A program made the translations under genes and the position numbers. A stretch of DNA of 64,000 nt, taken from positions 7,061 to 71,060 of the forward strand of contig JAJPIS010000070.1 in assembly GCA_021324635.1 (NCBI GenBank). The letters are read 5' to 3'. The stretch is from Gemmatimonadota bacterium (GTDB taxonomy: Bacteria; Gemmatimonadota; Gemmatimonadetes; Gemmatimonadales; Gemmatimonadaceae). Positions 57,573-64,000 of the stretch are shown here, in pieces (within the stretch, counting starts at the first letter, position 1; each line of letters begins with the position of its first letter). The notes under the pieces were generated by a model. The model was given only the letters and a program-made list of their open reading frames with translations. It ran no database searches and was not told the DNA's origin.

Positions 57573-60467
57573 ATGCGTCATCTCTGTGGTCGCGGTGATG
57601 CCGACCGGGGTGCGTGCGAGCGCGCGGGTCGGCGTGGCGAGGGGGAGCAAGAGGCGGGTCGGGCGGCGCCGGCGGGGCGGGCGGTGTCGCTGATGGCACG
57701 GTGGGCGGTCGTCGTGCTCCTCGAGTTGCTCGGGGCGGTGTACGGCGGCGTGCTCGTCGCGCAGACGCGGGGAGGGGTGGCGGGTGGCGAGCAGGTGACG
57801 CTCGCCGAGCGGGGCCCGCGATTCTACTGGTGGGCGCCGGACGGCGGCGGGGCGAGCGGCCGGGCGGGCCGGCCGGTGCGGGTCGAAGCGCGGGGCGTGG
57901 CCGTGCTCCGGGCGCGGATCGGTGTCGCGCTCGAGGACGCGACGCTCCCCGCCGCGCTCTCCGCGATCGGTGCGCAGGCGGGGCTGCGGCTCGTGTACGA
58001 CCCGTCCATCCTCCCGCGGGACGCTCGCGTCTCGCTCCGGGCGGAGGACATCACCGTTGCCGCCGCGCTCACCCACGTGCTCCTCGACGCGAACGTCGAT
58101 GTCGAGCTGGGTCCGGGTTCGATCGCCACCCTGACCGCGCGCCGTGGCAGCGCGGCCGCGCGTCCGCCGGCGACCGGGTCCGTCGCGGGCCACGTGACCG
58201 ACGTCAGGACCGGCCGCCCGGTGCCGTACGCTACCGTGCAGCTCGTCGGGACCGGCCGCGGCGCCTCGGCGACCGACAGCGGCACCTATCGGATCGCCAA
58301 CGTGCCGCCGGGGGCCTACACCCTCGAAGCGCGCGCCCTCGGCTACACGCCCGCTCGCCAGCCGGTGACCGTGTCCGCCGACCAGGTCACGGTCAGCGAC
58401 ATCGCCATCGAACGGTCCGCGAGCCAGATGGACCAGGTCGTGGTGACGGGGACCGTTGCCCCAACCGCCGTGCGGGCGGTTTCCACGCCGATCACGGTCG
58501 TGACCGCGTCTGAGATCCGCGATGAGCATCCGCGGACGATTGACCAGATCTTCCGTGAGGCCGTTCCCAGCGGCGTCGCCTGGGACCCCACCTCGAATCC
58601 CGAGAGTACACCGATCACCGTGCGAGGGGCGAGCACCCTCAACGCGGCTTCGGGGAGCGTCAAGATCTATCTCGACGGCGTCGAGGTCAGCGACCGAAGC
58701 TTTGCCGCGATCGACCCCAACAGCATCGACCATATCGAAGTGGTGCGTGGCCCGCAGGCTGGGACGCTCTACGGGTCGGACGCGATCGGAGGCGTCATGC
58801 AGGTCTTCACGAAGCGTGGGGACCCGGGGCTCAAAGTTCCTCTGATCGAGGCGTCGGCGGCGGCCGGGACGGCCCAGAGCCCGTACCGGGGGTACAGCGG
58901 GGCGATGCGCGAGGAATTCAGCGCATCGGTGCGAGGGGGAACGCCCGACATCGGCTACAATCTCGGCGCCGGCTATCAGCACACAGATGCCTGGGTGCTC
59001 GAGGGGCAGGCGGCGATCCCTAGCCTGTACGGCGGGATGCGATTCACGCAGGGGCCGCTTTCGATCGACCTGACGGCGCGCTACTACAGCCAACAGACCC
59101 CGCAGGCGGGTGACCCGCGGCTGGCCGCCACCGGGGATCCGTACTATTCCAAGCCATTCTACGTCCAGCAGACGTCGACCGAGGAGACATACGGCGCCCA
59201 CATCGTGTACGCGGCAAGTGACCGCTGGCGGCATACCGTCACGATCGGCGTCGACCGGTTCAGTGATGACGGACGCCAGCTTCAGCGTCGCTTCACGACG
59301 CCGGCCGATACCGAGCTATTCGTCGTTGGAGAGCAAGAGCCCAAGGCATCGCTCGGGTACAACACGTCTTTCACGATGCCGCTGTCCAGGAGTATCGGAA
59401 GCACGGTCACCGCCGGCGTGGACCACTACACCCTTACGACAACCGACTTCTTCACGACAGGCGCTCTGGCGTCGGCCGGCACCATTCCGTTCGATCCGGC
59501 GGTTCCGCCTTCGATCGCACGGAACGTGACGCAGAACACCGGTTATTTCGGGCAACTGCAGCTCGCGGTCGGTGGCGCGCTGTTCCTCACAGGTGGATTG
59601 CGTGCAGAGCAGAACTCGAACTTCGGCCGAGCGCTCGGCACTCCACTCTCCCCGCGGTTTGGGGTCGCATACGTGCGCACGTTCGGCGCGACGACACTAA
59701 AGACTCGGGGCTCGTACGGTGAAGCGATTCATCCGCCCGACCCGAGCGAGAAGGACGCCATCGCGTTCGCGACAAACCTCCAGCTTGCGAACCCCCGGCT
59801 CGGTCCCGAACGGCAGCGTGGGTGGGACGCGGGGGTGGACATCGCGGTCGGGTCCAGGGCGACATTCGGCGCTACGTACTACGATCAGGTCGCGGCGGAC
59901 CTGATCTCGACGGTGCCCGTCAGTGCGCAGAATCAGAACTATCAATTCCAGAACGTCGGTCGCGTGCACAATACTGGGATCGAGCTGGAGGGGAGCTACT
60001 CGGCCGGTCCGGTGATCCTTCGGGGCCAGTACGCATACACGAGGAGCCGGGTCAATTCCGTCGGTGCCAACTACACCGGAGATCTGCGGGTTGGGGACCA
60101 GGCCTGGCTGGTACCTCATTCGACGGCCGGCGCATCCGCGACCGTGAATGTGCTGCGGCGGACGAACGTGACGCTCGGGCTCAGCGCCGTCAGCAGTTGG
60201 ACGTACTACGACCTGTTCACCGAGTTCAAGTGCTTCGCTGGCTCGGCTGTCGGCTCGAGCGCGTGCCCGACCACCACGCGAGGCTTCCTCGTGCGATACC
60301 CCGGGTTCGCGAAGGTACGCCTCGGCGTGGACCAGGAGATCACTTCGCGGCTCTCTGCCTTTGTCGCGGTCGACAACCTCACGGACAACCAGAACTATGA
60401 GCTGATCAACACGTCCCCGGTGCTCGGTCGGATCACGATGCTCGGCATCAGAGTGCGGGCAAGATGA
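57573..60467 (+). CDS. TonB-dependent receptor/transducer with STN and carboxypeptidase-regulatory-like domains
   Basis: STN-like LEDATLPAALSAIGAQAGLRLVYD; VAG.VTD..TG.PV; DQVVVTGT; IEVVRGPQAGTLYGSDAIGGV; barrel strands; start uncertain. Confidence 0.92.
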   Translation: MRHLCGRGDADRGACERAGRRGEGEQEAGRAAPAGRAVSLMARWAVVVLLELLGAVYGGVLVAQTRGGVAGGEQVTLAERGPRFYWWAPDGGGASGRAGRPVRVEARGVAVLRARIGVALEDATLPAALSAIGAQAGLRLVYDPSILPRDARVSLRAEDITVAAALTHVLLDANVDVELGPGSIATLTARRGSAAARPPATGSVAGHVTDVRTGRPVPYATVQLVGTGRGASATDSGTYRIANVPPGAYTLEARALGYTPARQPVTVSADQVTVSDIAIERSASQMDQVVVTGTVAPTAVRAVSTPITVVTASEIRDEHPRTIDQIFREAVPSGVAWDPTSNPESTPITVRGASTLNAASGSVKIYLDGVEVSDRSFAAIDPNSIDHIEVVRGPQAGTLYGSDAIGGVMQVFTKRGDPGLKVPLIEASAAAGTAQSPYRGYSGAMREEFSASVRGGTPDIGYNLGAGYQHTDAWVLEGQAAIPSLYGGMRFTQGPLSIDLTARYYSQQTPQAGDPRLAATGDPYYSKPFYVQQTSTEETYGAHIVYAASDRWRHTVTIGVDRFSDDGRQLQRRFTTPADTELFVVGEQEPKASLGYNTSFTMPLSRSIGSTVTAGVDHYTLTTTDFFTTGALASAGTIPFDPAVPPSIARNVTQNTGYFGQLQLAVGGALFLTGGLRAEQNSNFGRALGTPLSPRFGVAYVRTFGATTLKTRGSYGEAIHPPDPSEKDAIAFATNLQLANPRLGPERQRGWDAGVDIAVGSRATFGATYYDQVAADLISTVPVSAQNQNYQFQNVGRVHNTGIELEGSYSAGPVILRGQYAYTRSRVNSVGANYTGDLRVGDQAWLVPHSTAGASATVNVLRRTNVTLGLSAVSSWTYYDLFTEFKCFAGSAVGSSACPTTTRGFLVRYPGFAKVRLGVDQEITSRLSAFVAVDNLTDNQNYELINTSPVLGRITMLGIRVRAR

Positions 60468-62725
60468 CCGGGGCGCCGGCTGCCCCTTCGAGCACGATGA
60501 TGGGGTGCGTGATGCACTGTTGCCGTCCGGCGTCCCTGTTGCTCACCGCTGGACTACTCCTCGCGTCGTGGGCTCATGGGCAACCGACGAGCCGGGAAGG
60601 GACGAGGATGTCAGTTGCGGCGCACGAAGGGGAGCGGAGCGTTCTATCCCGGCGACACAGGCTGGATCTGGACGACATTCTCACCAACCAGACAATCGGT
60701 GATGCTACGATGTCGCCGGCCGGCGACCTGGCGGCAATCGTGATTCAGCGAGCTGAGACGGCAGCCGTCGAACGGTACGGGTGGGTCGATGGTCCGTGGA
60801 ATCGCGCCGATGTCTGGCTCGTGCCTCGGCGCGGCCGACTCAGGAACATCACCAACGGCGTGCGCGATGGCACCTGGCACTGGCAGCCGACCTGGTCGCC
60901 GGATGGCCGGTACCTCGCGATCCTGACGACGCGCGTGACCAACAACGTTGGAATCGAGGTGTGGGACGAACGAGCGGGCACGCTTCGCCGCGTCGGACCG
61001 CCCGGCGTGGACCTGGACGCCCACCTGGAGGCCTGGGGCCAGCCGATGGAGTGGGTCGACTCGACGACGTTGCTGGCGGCGTTCGTCCCGGCGGGGACGA
61101 TTCCGCTCTACTACGCGTACGGTCCAAATCAACGGATCCGGCGGGATAGCGCCTGGGCGCGTACCGAACACGGCGCGCAGGCGTCGGTGAGCTTGCTCGA
61201 AGGTGGGGTCGAAACCCCGGCGGCTGCGCGCCCCCAGGGCTCACTGGCGCTGATCGATGTGCGCACCGGGCGGGTGACGATCGTCGCCCAGGCAAACATC
61301 CGCGAGACCGTCCTGTCCCCGGACCATCGGCAGGTCGCGCTCATCGCCGACGACGGCAATGACGTCATGGGACCAGGAGAAGGGCCACGCTGGCCGGAAG
61401 ACGGCTCGTTCATCCGATTCTTCATGCACCGACGGCTGGGGCTCGCGCAACTGCAACCCGCTGGTCAGGTCCGCTGGATCGAGGGACTGCATGATCCTTA
61501 CCTGAGCCCCTCCGGCGGTGCGTGGGCGGTCGATGGGTCGAAGTTTGTTGTGGCAACGCACTCGGGCGCGAGCCAGGCGACTCCCCTGGAGCATGTGGTC
61601 GTCGACGCCCACGGCATGGTCGGCGCGCTCACTCCGGACAGCTCCTTCCCTCGCGACACGCCAGTCTCGCCGCCGCCGGCGCAACGATCGGAGCTGGTGC
61701 TTGCCGTCGAGTCGCCGCGGACAGGGTTTGCGCTGTACACCTCCGAGCCAGCGGACGGATCGCTGATATGGACCAGGGATACGTCGAACGGTGCCCCCCA
61801 CGTTCGGATGCGCCTCAATTCGCACCTGGGCAAGGTCGAGGACGACGTCGGGCAGGAGCGGCTGATTCACTATCGAGGGGCCGACGGCGCCCGTTACGCA
61901 GGTCAGGTACTCCTCCCCGCCGGGTATGTATCAGGCGTCCGCTACCCGACCATCGTGTGGCCGTACCCCGGGCACATCGTGCCGGACTCCTTGCCCCGAC
62001 GAGCCTCCGGCAAGCCTCACTCTGCCTTCTATCCGATGATGGATCCGCACCTGTGGTCCACGCGCGGGTACGTCGTGCTCCAACCGTCGATCCCTCCGTC
62101 AAATGGAGATCCCGTAGTGTCGGTCGCGGGATACATCGACCCGGCGATCGACTCGCTGGTCGCGATGGGCGTCACAGATTCTTCGCGGCTCGCCCTGGTC
62201 GGCCATAGTCACGGTGCCATCCTGGTCTATGGTCTGATCACCATGAGCACGCGGTATCGAGCGGCAATCGCGATCGCGGGGTGGAGCGACATCCTGTCGT
62301 ACTACGCAGCCTTCATGGCGAGCTACTGCTACTGCCGCGCCGACTTTCCCAACGAGTGGGTGCCGACGGGGCTGACGCAGTTCGAGGCGAGCAATGCAAC
62401 GACCCCCTTGAGCCATTCGCTGCGGATCGGGGTGACGCCGTGGGAAGACCCGCTCCGGTGGCATCGCAACAATCCGATCGAGCATTTCGACCGGGTGACC
62501 ACACCGCTCATGATCGTCAAGGCGGACAATGACACGTTCTATATGAGCGATGGAGATATCGCGTTCCAGGCGTTGAGCAGGCTGGGGAAGCGGGTGCGCT
62601 ACGTACGCTACTGGGGCGAGGGCCACACGCTCTCCTCTCCGGCGAACCTGCGCGATTACTGGAGCCGCGCACGCGTCTGGCTGGACGACCTGCTTCATTC
62701 CAGCTTGGGGTCGGCGTCGCGCTGA
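60464..62725 (+). CDS. Secreted S9/prolyl-oligopeptidase family protein, putative lasso peptide isopeptidase
   Basis: Signal peptide, WSPDG, GHSHG nucleophile, ADND, WGEGH; ATGA-coupled to the TonB receptor; converges on the lasso precursors. Confidence 0.8.
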   Translation: MTGAPAAPSSTMMGCVMHCCRPASLLLTAGLLLASWAHGQPTSREGTRMSVAAHEGERSVLSRRHRLDLDDILTNQTIGDATMSPAGDLAAIVIQRAETAAVERYGWVDGPWNRADVWLVPRRGRLRNITNGVRDGTWHWQPTWSPDGRYLAILTTRVTNNVGIEVWDERAGTLRRVGPPGVDLDAHLEAWGQPMEWVDSTTLLAAFVPAGTIPLYYAYGPNQRIRRDSAWARTEHGAQASVSLLEGGVETPAAARPQGSLALIDVRTGRVTIVAQANIRETVLSPDHRQVALIADDGNDVMGPGEGPRWPEDGSFIRFFMHRRLGLAQLQPAGQVRWIEGLHDPYLSPSGGAWAVDGSKFVVATHSGASQATPLEHVVVDAHGMVGALTPDSSFPRDTPVSPPPAQRSELVLAVESPRTGFALYTSEPADGSLIWTRDTSNGAPHVRMRLNSHLGKVEDDVGQERLIHYRGADGARYAGQVLLPAGYVSGVRYPTIVWPYPGHIVPDSLPRRASGKPHSAFYPMMDPHLWSTRGYVVLQPSIPPSNGDPVVSVAGYIDPAIDSLVAMGVTDSSRLALVGHSHGAILVYGLITMSTRYRAAIAIAGWSDILSYYAAFMASYCYCRADFPNEWVPTGLTQFEASNATTPLSHSLRIGVTPWEDPLRWHRNNPIEHFDRVTTPLMIVKADNDTFYMSDGDIAFQALSRLGKRVRYVRYWGEGHTLSSPANLRDYWSRARVWLDDLLHSSLGSASR

Positions 62726-62754
62726 ATCGGACGGCCGCGGAGGGTCGGGGAATG

Positions 62755-62793
62755 CGACGAGGGCCGGGATGCTCCCGGCCCTCGTCGTTCTTC
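62755..62793. terminator. 15-bp stem hairpin between the peptidase and precursor genes
   Basis: CGACGAGGGCCGGGA-TGC-TCCCGGCCCTCGTCG followed by TTCTTC. Confidence 0.8.
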
Positions 62794-62801
62794 GGGACCG
62801 T

Positions 62802-62936
62802 TCAGAGCGCGAAGCCGACGCTGCCCTCGGGCATGGCCAGCCCGAGCGCCTCGTGCACGCGCGGGCCCGTCACCCTGGTCGTGCGAACGGCGTCCGCCGT
62901 CTGCGTCACTGCCGGGGTCTCATAGGGCCGTTTCAT
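62802..62936 (-). CDS. Lasso peptide precursor A2 (44 aa)
   Basis: MKRPYETPAVTQTADAVRTTR-VTGPRVHEALGLAMPEGSVGFAL; GAGGAGG RBS; YxxP leader motif, Thr at -2, Glu8. Confidence 0.88.
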   Translation of the reverse strand: MKRPYETPAVTQTADAVRTTRVTGPRVHEALGLAMPEGSVGFAL

Positions 62937-63108
62937 CGTGCCTCCTCGCCGCATTCGCGGCATGATTGTCAGCAACGTGAGTACGATTGCAGCAAGTGCG
63001 GGGCGGCGGTCACCGGGCCGCGACGCGTCGATCTGACTCACGGTGGAGGTGTAGGGTCAGGCGATCAACCGTGAGGGTGCTCACGCCCGGCCCTCGCCCC
63101 CGAGAGCC

Positions 63109-63243
63109 TCAGAGCGAGTACCCGAGACTTCCGACCGCCTCGCCCCGTCCAAAGCTCTCTGCCACCTTCTGACCGATCTGCGACGTGACGGCGACGACGG
63201 GCGCCGACGATGTCACTGCGGGTGCCTCGTAACGTGTCTTCAT
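63109..63243 (-). CDS. Lasso peptide precursor A1 (44 aa)
   Basis: MKTRYEAPAVTSSAPVVAVTS-QIGQKVAESFGRGEAVGSLGYSL; GGGAGGA RBS; start overlaps the cyclase stop (ATGA). Confidence 0.88.
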   Translation of the reverse strand: MKTRYEAPAVTSSAPVVAVTSQIGQKVAESFGRGEAVGSLGYSL

Positions 63244-64000
63244 ACGGTCCTCCCTGTGGCCGCGTCGAAGCGGCCGGTCAAGTGTGTCCCCTGCTGGTGG
63301 TGCAAATCGCTGTTGCCCTGCTCGCGTCGCGTCTCGGTGACCGGTCGACCAGAGCGCACGTGCAGCCACGTCTCGACGGCGAGTGTATAGATGGCCGCCG
63401 AAACGAGCTCTTCCGCGCCTGTACGGCATGCCTCGTCGATACCGGCGCGAAGTCTCACCGGGTCGATGCATCCCAACTGGGCCAGGAGCGGATCGTCCAG
63501 GATCCGGGCGATCGTAGGTCGCTCGCGGATCAGAGCTTGATGAACGAAGCCGAGGTTTCCACCCTTACCGACCCGTGTCCGCACCGGCTCCGGCAGGATA
63601 CCCCGCATCGCTTCGCGCAGAATCCACTTGCGGGCATGCGGCTGCACACACATCTCCGGCGGCAGTCGAAGCCCGAGTTCGACCAGGGGCCGGTAGAGGA
63701 ACGGGTGTCGCACATCGAGGCCTTCCAGCAGGTCATGGCGGCGGAGCCCGAGTGGGATCGACCGCATCTGCTCCTGCACGAGAGCGGCGTACTTCAGCCC
63801 GCGCGGACCTGCGTAGCTATCGTCGGCCGACGTCCCGACGATGTGTGCCGACTCGGCGGCGGACCGGCGAATCCAGGGCGGCAGGCTGGCACCTGGTACA
63901 AGACGCCGACGGAGGGTGGCCGGGAGGAGTGGGAGCAAGGCATTCCGGTAGGCCAGGTTCCAGAACGAGACGCGACCGATCGCGGCGCGTCTCAGCATCT
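63240..64000 (-). CDS. Asparagine synthetase-like lasso cyclase, C-terminal part (5' end outside the window)
   Basis: DVRHPFLYRPLVEL.LRLP...KWILREAMRGILPEPVRTRVGKG; precursor genes immediately downstream. Confidence 0.88.
   Translation of the reverse strand, partial: MLRRAAIGRVSFWNLAYRNALLPLLPATLRRRLVPGASLPPWIRRSAAESAHIVGTSADDSYAGPRGLKYAALVQEQMRSIPLGLRRHDLLEGLDVRHPFLYRPLVELGLRLPPEMCVQPHARKWILREAMRGILPEPVRTRVGKGGNLGFVHQALIRERPTIARILDDPLLAQLGCIDPVRLRAGIDEACRTGAEELVSAAIYTLAVETWLHVRSGRPVTETRREQGNSDLHHQQGTHLTGRFDAATGRTV

Noticed and set aside
62802..63471. ORF-track calls of 79 aa (62802..63041) and 120 aa (63109..63471)
   Set aside because: Strong RBSs and the gap-free mutual alignment place the real starts at 62936 and 63243.
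63240..64000. Housekeeping asparagine synthetase AsnB
   Set aside because: It is coupled to YxxP/Thr-2 precursor ORFs, which favours a lasso cyclase; the N-terminus is outside the window, so this is not fully excluded.

Overview
A very GC-rich bacterial window. Its gene content (SusC-like and STN-domain TonB receptors, several S9 and alpha/beta hydrolases, ECF sigma factors) suggests Gemmatimonadota or a similar soil lineage; this is an inference. Most of it is ordinary accessory metabolism, transport and regulation. Four regions stand out. (1) 55.4-64 kb holds a lasso-peptide locus. A lasso cyclase (asparagine-synthetase-like, cut by the window edge) is followed by two unannotated 44-aa precursors whose predicted cores begin with atypical residues (Gln, Val) and carry Glu8. 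These face an ECF sigma / FecR / STN-TonB receptor / secreted S9 peptidase operon, the astexin-type 'isopeptidase + TonB receptor + FecIR' layout. (2) 52.27-52.48 kb holds an unannotated Tyr/Trp/Phe-rich leader peptide with a terminator and a matching antiterminator, upstream of a DAHP synthase and an ACT-less prephenate dehydratase. (3) 7.3-11.2 kb holds a parA-parB cassette with two identical 16-bp palindromes (TGTCCAACGTTGGACA, candidate parS) and a ParB-HTH-like gene, between two 5'-truncated toxin pseudogenes. (4) 29.0-29.7 kb holds a GTAG-type REP/palindrome cluster. A GNAT-NSAR/OSBS-M20 D-amino-acid conversion trio and several TA modules or remnants with visible operators are also present. 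No rRNA, tRNA, CRISPR array or intact transposase/integrase was recognised. All family calls come from motif recognition by eye, not from database searches.
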